The notes below the pieces were generated by a model. That model was not told where the DNA came from and searched no databases. It saw only the letters and a program-made list of their open reading frames with translations. DNA of 64,000 nucleotides from an uncultured Acidobacteriota bacterium (GTDB lineage Bacteria > Acidobacteriota > Thermoanaerobaculia > UBA5066 > DATFVB01). Of this stretch, positions 9,716 to 19,657 are shown piece by piece. Numbering within the stretch: position 1 is the first letter of the stretch; each line of letters starts with the position of its first letter. A program made the position numbers and the translations under genes. Location of the stretch: positions 32,001 to 96,000 of the forward strand of contig CAWEYG010000004.1 of NCBI GenBank assembly GCA_963813155.1, in the 5' to 3' direction.

Positions 9716-11583
9716 GCGAAGCCGCCCACCACGAAGAGGAGGTCCTCGGGAAGGCCTACGACGCTCGTCTCGCGCGCCGCCTGCTCCACTACGTTCGACC
9801 CTACCGCGGAAGTCTGATCGCCGGGACCACCCTGATCCTGTTCGGTTCGTTCTTCCAGCTCCTCGGGCCGGCGATCACCGCGGCGGCGCTGGATTTCGCA
9901 ATCGCTCCGAAACCGGGCTCCCGGACCTCGGTCCTGGCGAGAATCGTCGCTGCGCTCGCGACCCGCCTCCATTTGAACGTCGCCGGGAGGGCCGGCCTCG
10001 ATCTGTTCGCCGGAGCGTTTCTGGCGTCGCTCCTGTTGTCGTTTTTCCTCATCTACGCGCAGGTCTGGATCGTCAACTGGATGGGGCAGCGAATCATGTT
10101 CGACCTGCGGGCGGAAATCTTCGAGAAGCTGCAGCGCGCGGACGTGGCCTACCTGGATCGGAATCCCGTGGGCCGGCTCATGACGCGGCTGACGACCGAC
10201 GTCGATGCGCTCAACGAGCTGTTCACTTCGGGAATCGTTTCCATGGTGGGGGACGTCTTCTCGCTCGCGGGGATCGTCGTCGCGCTCTTCCTGCTCAACC
10301 CGCCGCTCGCCTGGGTGACGTTCCTGACGATCCCGCTGATCGTGGGCCTGACCGCCTGGTTTCGAAAGCGGGCCCGCGAGACCTATCGCGACATCCGGGT
10401 CCGGATCGCGCGAATCAATGCGTTCCTGCAGGAGCACATCACGGGAATGCCCGTCGTGCAACTCTTCAACCGCGAGGAGAGGGCCCGCCGCGATTTCGCC
10501 GGCATCAACGACGCGCACCGCGTGGCCTACGTCCGCGCGATCTTCTATTACTCCGTGTTTTATCCCGGCGTCGAGTTCCTGTCCGCGCTCGGCCTCGCTC
10601 TGATCGTCTGGTATGGCGGCTCCGAGGTGATCCGGGGCGCTCTTTCCCTCGGCGTCCTCGTCGCGTTCATCCAGTACGCGCAGCGGTTCTTTCGCCCGAT
10701 CGCGGACCTCTCCGACAAATACAACACGCTGCAGTCGGCGATGGCGTCCTCCGAGCGGATCTTTCGCCTTCTGGACATGGAGCCGGAAATCGTGACCCCG
10801 GGCGGAGCGGACGCGCCGGGGCGAATCGGAAGCCTCGCTCTGGAGAACGTCACGTTCCACTACAAGCGCGGCGAGGAAGTCCTCAGGAACGTCTCGTTCC
10901 GGGTCGAGCCCGGGGAGCGCGTCGCTCTCGTCGGGCACACGGGGGCCGGGAAGACGACGATTGCGTCGCTGTTTCTCCGGTTCTACGACGCGCAGACGGG
11001 CGCCGTCCGCGTCGACGGGATCGACGTTCGCCGTTTCGCCCTCGACGACCTGCGCGGCCGATTCGCGATCGTCCTGCAGGACCCGTTCCTGTTCACGAGC
11101 TCGATCGCGGAGAACATCCGTCTCGGGAACCGGGCGATCTCCGACGAAAGGATTCGATCCGCCGCCCTCGAGGCGCGCGCCGCGGGCTTCATCGAAAAGC
11201 TCCCGAAGGGATACGACACGGTTCTGCAGGAGCGCGGCGGAGGCCTTTCCGCCGGGCAGAAGCAGCTGATTTCGATCGCGCGGGCCTTCGCGTTCGATCC
11301 GGAATTCCTCGTCCTCGACGAGGCGACGGCGAACATCGACACGGAGACCGAGCTGGAGATCCGCGAAGGCCTATCGCGCCTGTTGAAGAGCCGGACGTCG
11401 CTCGTGATCGCGCACCGGCTCTCGACGATCCGCCAGGCGTCGCGGATCGTTGTCCTGCACAAGGGAGAGGTCCGGGAAAGCGGGACCCATGCGGAGCTGC
11501 TCGAGCGCGACGGGCTGTACGCGAAGCTCTACCGGCTGCAGTACCGCGACCAGGAGCTCCGGCCCGAGGCAGTCTCGGAGTAA
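9712..11583 (+). CDS. ABC exporter permease/ATP-binding subunit (MdlB-like), heterodimer partner
   Basis: GTGA overlap; EEEVLGKAYDARL start; GHTGAGKT, LSAGQKQL, VLDEAT. Confidence 0.92.
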   Translation: MSEAAHHEEEVLGKAYDARLARRLLHYVRPYRGSLIAGTTLILFGSFFQLLGPAITAAALDFAIAPKPGSRTSVLARIVAALATRLHLNVAGRAGLDLFAGAFLASLLLSFFLIYAQVWIVNWMGQRIMFDLRAEIFEKLQRADVAYLDRNPVGRLMTRLTTDVDALNELFTSGIVSMVGDVFSLAGIVVALFLLNPPLAWVTFLTIPLIVGLTAWFRKRARETYRDIRVRIARINAFLQEHITGMPVVQLFNREERARRDFAGINDAHRVAYVRAIFYYSVFYPGVEFLSALGLALIVWYGGSEVIRGALSLGVLVAFIQYAQRFFRPIADLSDKYNTLQSAMASSERIFRLLDMEPEIVTPGGADAPGRIGSLALENVTFHYKRGEEVLRNVSFRVEPGERVALVGHTGAGKTTIASLFLRFYDAQTGAVRVDGIDVRRFALDDLRGRFAIVLQDPFLFTSSIAENIRLGNRAISDERIRSAALEARAAGFIEKLPKGYDTVLQERGGGLSAGQKQLISIARAFAFDPEFLVLDEATANIDTETELEIREGLSRLLKSRTSLVIAHRLSTIRQASRIVVLHKGEVRESGTHAELLERDGLYAKLYRLQYRDQELRPEAVSE

Positions 11584-11599
11584 GCAAGGCTCGCTCGCC

Positions 11600-11848
11600 G
11601 GCGACCGGGGCCAAGCCCCAGCACTCCGCTCGGCAAGTCTTCTCGACCCTCGGCCGCAGTTCGCTTTCCCTCGGGATCTCGAAGACCAGCCTGCGCGGAG
11701 CGCGTTAGCCCGGGCCGCTCCGCCGTTTTCGCGGGCGGGTGGCGTGGGAGGAGACCCCTGTTGCCGCTCGCGGCGCGGAGTCGTAGCAAAGTCCTCAAAC
11801 CGCAGCGAGCGGAACAGCGGGTCGAGTCCCGTGACAGGACCCGCCCGC
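11600..11848. repeat. Two adjacent long imperfect hairpins (palindromic element or structured RNA)
   Basis: CTCCGC/GCGGAG and GTCTTC/GAAGAC in hairpin 1; GCGGGCGGGT/ACCCGCCCGC, GACCC/GGGTC, CTGTT/AACAG, CCGCTCGC/GCGAGCGG in hairpin 2. Confidence 0.55.
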
Positions 11849-11853
11849 CGGAT

Positions 11854-12726
11854 CTAGTCCGCGCGCCCGAGGTCCGCGGGAGCGAGGCGCTTCCCGGAGA
11901 AACCGGCGAGCGCGACGATCGAAAGGACGTAGGGGAGGAGTAGAAGGGCCTGCGAGGGGAGATGGAAGAATCCCGCGGCCTGGAGCTGGTACTGGATCGC
12001 CTGGAGAACCCCGAAAATCAGGGCCGCTCCCGCAACCGCGATCGGATTCCAGCGCCCGAACGCGACGAGCGCGAGGGCGAGGAAGCCGCGGCCGGCCGAC
12101 ATTCCCTCGACGAAGGAATCGGAGAGCTCGAGCGCGAGTGAGGCGCCCGCGAGACCGCTCAGCAATCCGCCGGCGAGCGCCGCGCCCGTTCGGTAGGCCG
12201 CCGCCGGGATCTTGAGCGCCGAGGAGTCGCCGAGCGACTCGCCGACCGCCCGGAGGCGCAGTCCCCAGGAGGTCCGAAAGAGAAAAGCAAACGCGGCGAA
12301 GGGAATCGCGAGCGCGGCGAGATCGAGCCCCGTCAGCGGCCCGAGCCGCGGCGTGAGGAGCACCGGAGGGCGGAGCACCCATCGCTCCGGCATGGCGCGA
12401 AGGAGGAGACCGGTCGCGCCGAGCGCCAGAAGGTTCACGGCGGTGCCCGTGACGATCTGATCTCCCTTCCAGCGGATCGACGCGATCGCGAAGATCGCGG
12501 ACGCGAGGACCCCGGCGGCGGACGCGGCGACGATCCCGGCGGCCGCGGAGCCCGTCGCGCGCGAGATGCCGAAGGCGGCGAACGCGCCGAAGAGCATCTG
12601 GCCCTCGATTCCGATGTTGATCATTCCGCCTTTCTCTCCGAGCGTCTCGCCCGACGAAGCGAAGAGCAGCGGCGTCGCGGCCGTCACGCCCGACTCGAGA
12701 ACGGCCAGCAGAAGGGAAGCGCTCAC
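11854..12726 (-). CDS. Nucleoside/sugar ABC permease (NupC-like)
   Basis: ATPLLFASSGE...GMINIGIEG; GRGFLALALVAFGRWNP; LPYVLSI; APADLG. Confidence 0.88.
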   Translation of the reverse strand: MSASLLLAVLESGVTAATPLLFASSGETLGEKGGMINIGIEGQMLFGAFAAFGISRATGSAAAGIVAASAAGVLASAIFAIASIRWKGDQIVTGTAVNLLALGATGLLLRAMPERWVLRPPVLLTPRLGPLTGLDLAALAIPFAAFAFLFRTSWGLRLRAVGESLGDSSALKIPAAAYRTGAALAGGLLSGLAGASLALELSDSFVEGMSAGRGFLALALVAFGRWNPIAVAGAALIFGVLQAIQYQLQAAGFFHLPSQALLLLPYVLSIVALAGFSGKRLAPADLGRAD

Positions 12727-13593
12727 GACGCGGCCCCGGGCCGCAGGGCCCGCCTCCAGCGGGGCAGGCCGAGGACGGCGAGCAGCAGCAGGGCTTCCGC
12801 GGCCATCGCCGAGACGGCCGAGATCCCGAGGCGCCGCTGGACGAGAGTCGCCGCTCCCTGCAGAAATCCGAACGCGAGCGACGCCGCCGCGGCGCCGCCC
12901 GGCGAGAGCCCTCCGACGACCGCGGCCGCGAGGCCGATGAAGCCGTATCCCGACGAGAATGAGTCGAAGAGCCTTCCCGTGACGCCGAGGAGCTCGGCGG
13001 CGCCGCCGAGCCCCGCGATACCCCCCGCGGCGACGAACGCGAGTGACCCGGACTTTTCGCACCGGGATCCCGGCGACTTCGGCGGCGGCGGGATTCGCCC
13101 CGGTCGCGCGCAGGCGAAACCCGCTTCGGGTTCGGAGACGGAAGATCGCAAGCGCCGCGCAGAGGACGGCCGCGAGGGCGATCCCCGCGTGAACTCGCGT
13201 GCCGGCCCACAGAATCGGAAGCCTCGCGGCGTCGGGAACCGGATCGCTCTGGGGAAAGGTTCGCGCCCGTTCCTGGAGAAAGCCGTGGACGGCGATCGAG
13301 ACGGCTCCCGCGGCGATGAAATTCAGCAGGATCGTCGCGAGGACGTCCAGCACCCTGCGCTTTTCGGCGAGCCAGGAAGCGATCGCCGCCCACGCAGCGC
13401 CGCCGGCAGCTCCCGCCAGGAGAGTCAGCGGCGCTCCCGCCGAAAATCGCGTGCACGCGAGCGCGGCCGCGAGAGCGCCGGTCAGGAACTGCCCCTCCGC
13501 TCCGATGTTGACGACCCCCGCGTCCCGCGCGAGCAGAAACGAAAGGGCGCAGAAGAGGATCGGGGCGCCCTTGACGGCCGCGTCCGCGATCAC
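12723..13593 (-). CDS. Nucleoside/sugar ABC permease (NupB-like); frameshift near 13040; N-terminus appears short
   Basis: AGVVNIGAEGQF, LATILLNFIA, GFRLRATGANP; then GGIAGLGGAAELLG...GYGFIGL in the next frame. Confidence 0.8.
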
Positions 13594-15017
13594 GGAAGGC
13601 CCGCCTGCGCGGCCGAAGCCGCTTCGGCGCGGCGAAGGCCCGCCATCGCCCGGCCCACGGCCGCGGAAGGTTCGTCCGGCCGAAACGGACCGGCGAGCCG
13701 CCCGCGGTACAGGACGAACATCGTGTCCGCCAGCTCGCGGGCTTCGTCCAGATCGGAGGTCACGAGCAGGACCGCCGCTCCCGAGCCGGCCGCGTCGCGA
13801 ATGGCGCCGCGCGTCATACGGGTGCTCGCGAGATCGAGCCCGCGGGTCGGCGAGACCGCGAGCAGGAAGCGCGGTTCCCGCGAGAGCTCGCGCGCGAGCA
13901 CGACTTTCTGCTGGTTTCCTCCCGACAGAGACCGGGCCGGCGCGCCGGGCGCCGGCGGATCGATTCCGAATCGCTCGATGAGGGAGCGGCTCCGTGCCGG
14001 TTCCCGGACGGGGATGGGCTCGGCAAGCCTCAGATTTTCCTCGACGGTGAAATCGAGAATCAGTCCCTCGCGCCGGCGGTCGCCCGGGATGACGGAGGTC
14101 TTCTGCCGCCGAAACTCCCGCGCCGGAGACCGGCCGCCCGAAGAGGGTCGCGGAAAACGGAGCCGCGCCCTCGCGGCCGGCGACCGCGCGGGTCGCTTCT
14201 TCTTGCCCGTTGCCGTCCACGCCGGCCAGCGCGACGATCTCACCCTCGCGAACGACGAGCGGAACCTCCGAATCCGAACCGAAGCTTCGGAAGCCGTCGA
14301 GCCGGAGCACGTCGGAGCCCGGAGCCCGCGGCGAGGAGCGGGGGGAGCGTCCCCCTCGAGGAACTCGGCGGCGAGCGACGCGGGGGTCGCTTCGGAGGCA
14401 AGGCGGCTGGAGACGAGCCTTCCGCGCCGCAGGACGGACACCCGGTCGCAGAACCCGAAGATCTCGGCGAGCTTGTGGGTGATGAAGACGACGGCGGCGC
14501 CGTTGGCCGCCGTTTCCCGCACGGACACCATGAAGCGATCGACTTCCGGAGGCGCGAGAACGGCAGTCGGCTCGTCGAGGATCAGAAGGTCGGGGTTGCT
14601 CGCCCGAGCCCGGGCGAATTCCAGGCGCTGGCGCGCGCCGACGGCCAGGCGCGCCGCTTCGGCGTCCGGCCGCCCGAGATCGAGCCCGACGCGGGCCTCG
14701 ATCTCTCGAAATCGGTCGCCGAGGCGCGCCGGGGTCGCCAGGCGGAGTCCCGGTTCTTCGAGCGCGAGGCACTCCGCGGAAGTGAGGCCCGGCGGGAGAG
14801 CGAAGTGCTGGTGAACGTGGCCGACGCGGCCGGCGATGCGGACGCGGCCCGAGTCGGGAACGAGAATTCCCCCGAGCACGTTGCCGAGCGTCGACTTTCC
14901 GGCCCCGTTTTCGCCGAGAAGGGCATGGACCTCTCCGGGCCGGAATTCGAGCGAGACTTCCGAGAGGGCAACGGTCTCTCCGAAACGAACCGAGATTTGT
15001 TCGACCGAAAAGGTCAG
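13590..15017 (-). CDS. Two-domain sugar/nucleoside ABC ATPase (NupA-like), internal frameshifts; start uncertain
   Basis: GENGAGKST, ILDEPTAVL, FITHKL, LAGVDGNGQEE (shifted frame), LSGGNQQK, PTRGLD. Confidence 0.85.
   Translation of the reverse strand: MTFSVEQISVRFGETVALSEVSLEFRPGEVHALLGENGAGKSTLGNVLGGILVPDSGRVRIAGRVGHVHQHFALPPGLTSAECLALEEPGLRLATPARLGDRFREIEARVGLDLGRPDAEAARLAVGARQRLEFARARASNPDLLILDEPTAVLAPPEVDRFMVSVRETAANGAAVVFITHKLAEIFGFCDRVSVLRRGRLVSSRLASEATPASLAAEFLEGDAPPAPRRGLRAPTCSGSTASEASVRIRRFRSSFARVRSSRWPAWTATGKKKRPARSPAARARLRFPRPSSGGRSPAREFRRQKTSVIPGDRRREGLILDFTVEENLRLAEPIPVREPARSRSLIERFGIDPPAPGAPARSLSGGNQQKVVLARELSREPRFLLAVSPTRGLDLASTRMTRGAIRDAAGSGAAVLLVTSDLDEARELADTMFVLYRGRLAGPFRPDEPSAAVGRAMAGLRRAEAASAAQAGLP
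13598..13645. repeat. REP-like palindrome (CGCTTCGGCGCGGCGA family)
   Basis: GCCGAAGC-C-GCTTCGGC stem; 16-mer 13620-13635 identical to 30129-30144. Confidence 0.5.
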
Positions 15018-15982
15018 AAGTTTCCCCGCGGGACGATGAGTTGGCCGGCCGCAATCTTTCCCTTCGCGTCTTCGACGAGATCGCTGACGTCCTTCGGCAC
15101 GCGGGAGGCGAGGCCGGGGTTCCACACGAACGAAATCACGCCGTCGTGGAGACCGAAGCGGATCGATCGCGGGCGGAACGATCCGCCGCGGACTTCGCGG
15201 GCGACCTCGACGAACGCTTTCGGAATGTCGATCACTGCCGACGCGAGCACCGTGTCGGGCGCGATCGCGTTTTGATCCTTGTTCGTTCCGAATGCGTAAA
15301 TCTTTCGCTCGCGGGCGGCCTGAAAGACGCCCGCTCCGGCCGCGTCCGCGTTGTGGATCAGGAAGTCGCAGCCCTGGTCGGCGAGGGCGAGAGCCGCCTG
15401 CCGGCCCGCGGCCACGTCGTCGAACGAGCCCGTGTACACGACCTTCACGCGCGCCGAGGGATTCGCCGCCTTCACGCCTCCCTCGAACGCGAGGATCGTC
15501 GAGGCGACCGACGGAATCTCGGTGCCGCCGACCGCTCCGACCGATCCCGTTCGCGTCATCTTTCCCGCGACGAGACCGCACAGGTAGGTGGCCTGCTCCA
15601 GCTCGAAGACCATCGGAGAGAGGTTCGGCCCGATGCGCGAGCCCGACGTCGTGATGAAGACCGTTTTCGGATAGGCCCGCGCGGCGCTCGCCGCGGCGTC
15701 CTGGAATTCGAATCCGTGTCCGAAGACGAGCCACGCGCCGTGCGAAGCGAAATCGCGGAACTGCTCCTCGAACTCCGACGGCGTCTTGACCTGGACGTGC
15801 GCGACCGGGACGCGAAGCTGATCCCGGATCTCGATGAGGCCTTCGTAGGCGGCGGCGTTCCAGCCGCGGTCGGAGATCGGGCCCGGGGTCAGGAGGCCGA
15901 CGCCGGCGGATTTCCCCCCGCAGGAGGAAAACGCTAGGGCGGCGGCGATAGCGGAGGCGGCGGCGAAAATTCGGGTCTTCAA
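15014..15982 (-). CDS. BMP family ABC substrate-binding lipoprotein
   Basis: Lipobox-like AFSSC; DRGWNAAAYEGL; GHGFEF; TTG start at 15982 chosen because TAAACT lies just upstream. Confidence 0.9.
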   Translation of the reverse strand: MKTRIFAAASAIAAALAFSSCGGKSAGVGLLTPGPISDRGWNAAAYEGLIEIRDQLRVPVAHVQVKTPSEFEEQFRDFASHGAWLVFGHGFEFQDAAASAARAYPKTVFITTSGSRIGPNLSPMVFELEQATYLCGLVAGKMTRTGSVGAVGGTEIPSVASTILAFEGGVKAANPSARVKVVYTGSFDDVAAGRQAALALADQGCDFLIHNADAAGAGVFQAARERKIYAFGTNKDQNAIAPDTVLASAVIDIPKAFVEVAREVRGGSFRPRSIRFGLHDGVISFVWNPGLASRVPKDVSDLVEDAKGKIAAGQLIVPRGNF

Positions 15983-16047
15983 GATTTCCGCGCAGTTTAG
16001 CACTGCGCGCTCCGGCCGGAATCGCGGAGCTTGATAAGATCGGGAAA

Positions 16048-16593
16048 ATGAATTCGATCGGCGACTGGCTGCGAAAGATCGCGCGAGCTCTCGAGCTCGA
16101 CCGCCTGTTCGACGGCGAAACGGGGTTTTTCGTCCGACATGGGGGTTCGCCGCGTCCTTCGCCGGAACCCGGAGAAGGTTCGGCCTCCTCTTTGGAGCCT
16201 CCCTCGCTCGAGATTCGCGTCGGGTCGCCGTTCATTTCGCCGGCCGTTTCCCCGGCTTCGGACGGCGCATCGCGCTCGGGCTCGCCTTTCGCAACGAGCT
16301 TCGTCGCGACCTGGCGTCCCGTGCCGACCCCGCCGGATCGCTGGATCCAGTTCCTGCGGGAGGCGCCGTTCGGAACTCAGACCACGACTGCCCGCGAGCT
16401 CCGCTGGAACGGAAAGGAGATCTCGATCGAGCGCGTTACCGAAGGGGAGATCGAGGCTTTCGTCTCCCGGATGGACGAGTGGGCCGAATACGCGAATCGC
16501 GAGTTCGCCGGCTGGCAGGCCACGCCCGAGGTCCGGGCGAATTTCGAAGCACAGTCCCGCGCCCGCCAACTCCAGGAGAAGCTCCGGCGCTAA
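16048..16593 (+). CDS. Hypothetical protein with Pro/Ser-rich internal segment
   Basis: Clean ORF preceded by TAAGAT; coding-like composition; no family recognised. Confidence 0.65.
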   Translation: MNSIGDWLRKIARALELDRLFDGETGFFVRHGGSPRPSPEPGEGSASSLEPPSLEIRVGSPFISPAVSPASDGASRSGSPFATSFVATWRPVPTPPDRWIQFLREAPFGTQTTTARELRWNGKEISIERVTEGEIEAFVSRMDEWAEYANREFAGWQATPEVRANFEAQSRARQLQEKLRR

Positions 16594-16598
16594 TCGGG

Positions 16599-17150
16599 AT
16601 GGACGAGTCCGGGCGCAAGCAGGTCCTCGACTACGTCAAGCCGCTGTCGGTCGGACTGGACGGAGTCACGAATTTCGGCGACGTCGAACGGATCGTGCGG
16701 GCCTGCCTGGCCATCGCGGCCGATCGGTCCGATCTCGACGGGGACCGGCTTTTTCTGCTGGCCGTGTTTTCCGGTCAGGACAAGTGGGTGGGGAAGTTCG
16801 GGCATGGCACGCGAACGGAGCTGTTCCTTTCTTCGGTCGGCGTTCCGGCGGAGGAATTCCGGCGGCTGCTGCGCTCCCTGTCCCGCTTTCGAGAGGACCC
16901 CCGCACAGGCGAGGAAGAGGTCGTTCACGACGCCGTCCGGCTGGAAGAGCTCGGCGCCTACGGGATCGCTCGCATCGTCGCGGAGGGCGCTCACGACCGG
17001 ATGGACTTCCGGGAGCTGGCGGGCGCGATCGAGAGTGACGCGCGCGACGACTTCCGAACGGAGCGCGGGCGCGAGCTCGCGACTCCCCGGATCGCGCTGA
17101 TGCGGCAATTCGCCGCGCGGCTGCGAGGAGAAGTCGAAGAGTTCGGTTAG
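16599..17150 (+). CDS. HD-domain-like protein lacking the metal ligands
   Basis: VVHDAVRLEELGAYGIAR and FRTERGRELATPR match the YedJ-type HD C-terminal pattern. Confidence 0.65.
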   Translation: MDESGRKQVLDYVKPLSVGLDGVTNFGDVERIVRACLAIAADRSDLDGDRLFLLAVFSGQDKWVGKFGHGTRTELFLSSVGVPAEEFRRLLRSLSRFREDPRTGEEEVVHDAVRLEELGAYGIARIVAEGAHDRMDFRELAGAIESDARDDFRTERGRELATPRIALMRQFAARLRGEVEEFG

Positions 17151-17903
17151 AACAGCGAGCGGCCGCCGTCGAGGACGACGACCTGGCCGGTCAGGAAGCG
17201 CGGGCCCCTCGCAGAGAAAGCGCACGGTCTGGGCGACTTCCTCCGGCGTTCCGAGGCGCTGCAGCGGAATCTGGGCGACGAGCTTCTCGGTCTCGGCTTT
17301 CGCCATGGACTCCGGCGGCAGGATCGTGCCGGGCGCGATCCCGTTCACGGAAACTTCGGGCGCCATCTGGCGCGCGAGAACGCGGACGACCATCTCCAGG
17401 GCCGCCTTCGAGATCGCGTGCGCGGAATAGTCCTTCCAGACGCGGTGCGCGGCCAGGTCGGAGAGGAGCACGATTCTTCCTCTCCGCTTCCGGAGCTCCG
17501 CCTCCGCCGCTCGCGCGAGGAGGAAGTTCGCTCGCGCGTTGACGTTCATCGCTTCGTCCCAGACGAGCGCGGTCGTTTTCGAGAACGGAACGCGAAGGAA
17601 GTTCGCGGCGGAGCCGACGAGAACGTCGAGGCGCCCCATCGAGCGAAGAGCCCTGTCGACGAGCCGGGGAGCCTCGCTCGATTTCGCGAGGTTCGCTTTC
17701 ATTTCCGCGGCGCGCGCTCCGAGGGCGCGAACCTCGCGCGCGAGCTGCTCGGCGGAGGCGGACGAGGACCGGTAGTGGAGGACGAGGTCGTAGCCCGCCG
17801 TCGCGAGCTCGAGCGCGATCGCTCGGCCGACGCGGACGGCGCTTCCGGTCACGAGTGCGACCTTTCGGGTCCCGGGTCGGGCGGGCGCGCGGACGGAGCT
17901 CAT
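17147..17903 (-). CDS. SDR, pteridine reductase/FolM-like; C-terminal frameshift
   Basis: TGSAVRVGRAIA, LHYRSS, VNGIAPG; ends FLTGQVVVLDGGRSLF* in shifted frame. Confidence 0.8.
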
Positions 17904-19646
17904 TTCCAGAAACTATAGGCGTATCCGGGCGCCGCGTAGGCCGCGTCCGAAATCGCGGTCAGGTCGGCGTCCCGGTCGTGGTCCATTTCCTTGAGACTGC
18001 CGACGATGCGGTGCCGCGCTTCGCGCACGAAGACCTTTGCGAGCCGGATCTCGTCGGCGGCCTTTTCCGCTCCCTTTTGCCGGATCTCGGCCGTCACCCG
18101 GGACAGCGTCGCGAAGCCGGCGAAGAGCTCGATCGCGGCGCTCGCGAGCCGTTCCTGGTGGTACTGCTTTTCGACGACCCGCTTGCCGTATTTTCGCAGG
18201 AGCGTCTCGACGGCGTTCGCGAGCGCGGCCGAATACCGCACGAGCATCTCTCCCTCCGCGGCGAGCTCGGGCGCGACGCCGGCGAGGTGGCCAGGCTTGA
18301 CGACCCGCTTGATCCGCGTTCCGGCGAAGCTCGACAGGATTCCAAGGGAGCTGAGCGGCGCCTTGAGCGCTTCGCCGACGCCTTTCATGTACTCGCCGAC
18401 GTCGCGCACGCCGGACAGGGCGATCAGCATCCGGAGAATCTCGTTCGTCCCCTCGAAGATCATGTTGATCCGCGAGTCGCGGAGGGCCTTCTCGTAGGGA
18501 TATTCCTCCATGAAGCCGTTGCCGCCGGCGATCTGCAGCGCGTCGTTGATGTTCCTCCAGACGATTTCCGTCCCGAAGACCTTGCAGCAGGCGCCTTCGA
18601 GCGAATAGTCCTCGACGCCCGAATCGATGAGCCCCGTGGTGAAGTACACCATCGATTCGAGCGCGTAGGTGTCGACGACCATCCGCGCGAACTTCGTTCG
18701 GATCATTTCGAAGTGTGCGATCGGCTTTTGAAACTGCTTTCGCTGAGTCGCGTGGAGCGCGGCCGCGCGGAGCATCGCCTTCGATCCGCCCACGCACCCG
18801 GCCGCAAGCGACGTCCGGCCGGTGTTGAGCACCTCGACGGCGATCTTGAACCCCTGTCCGCGGGCGCCCAGCACGTTGGCCTCCGGCACGCGAAGGTTCT
18901 CGAAGTGGATCTGGCACGTGGAGGAGCCCTTGAGGCCGAGCTTGTTTTCCTCCTTGCCGCGGGTCAGCCCGGCGAGGTCCGACGTCACGACGAATGCGGT
19001 GATCTTTCGGTGCGCCTCGGCCGCTTCGAGGTTCTCGTCGCGAGCGAAGACCGTGAAGAAGGAGGCAAAGCCGCCGTTCGAGATCCACTGCTTCGTTCCG
19101 TTGAGGACGAACTCCTTCTTCGCGGCGTCGTAGACCGCCGTGGTTTTCTGCGCCGCCGCGTCGGAGCCGGCTTCCGGCTCGGTGAGGGCGAACGCGGCGA
19201 TGAGCTCGCCCGAGGCGAGCCGGGGAAGCCACTTCCGTTTCTGTTCCTCCGTGCCGAACAGCATGAGACCCTTGCATCCGATGGACTGGTGGGCTCCGAC
19301 GACGATCGCGAGCGAGGCGTCCGCGATGCCGACCTCCTCCATCACCCGGCAGTAGGCCGACGCCGAGAAGCCGTATCCGCCGTACTCTTCGGGAATCGAC
19401 ATTCCCATCAATCCAAGCTCGGAGATTCCGCGGATGACGTCGTCTCCGACCGTGTGCTCGCGTTCGATCCTCGCCGGATCGACGTTCGCCGCGGCGAACT
19501 GCCGGAACGAATCGATGAACGTCGAGACCGTCTCGCGCTCCTCCGGGCGCGATCGCCGGGTAGGGGAACAGGACGTCCTCGTCGATTTCGCCGGCGAACA
19601 GCGACCTCAGGAACGTGCCGGAGCGGGTCGGCGTTTTTCGCGGCAT
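17900..19646 (-). CDS. Acyl-CoA dehydrogenase (VLCAD/ACAD9-like); 5' frameshifts
   Basis: FLRSLFAGEI...VLFPYP; GAHQSIG, AFALTEPEAGSD, KQWISNG, RINMIFEGTNEILR. Confidence 0.92.
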
Positions 19647-19657
19647 CCGGGCCTCCT

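Noticed and set aside
16140-16300. Possible palindrome-derived insert in hypothetical gene 16048-16593
   Set aside because: Only short hairpins and no clear match to the other repeat families; cannot be supported without orthologues
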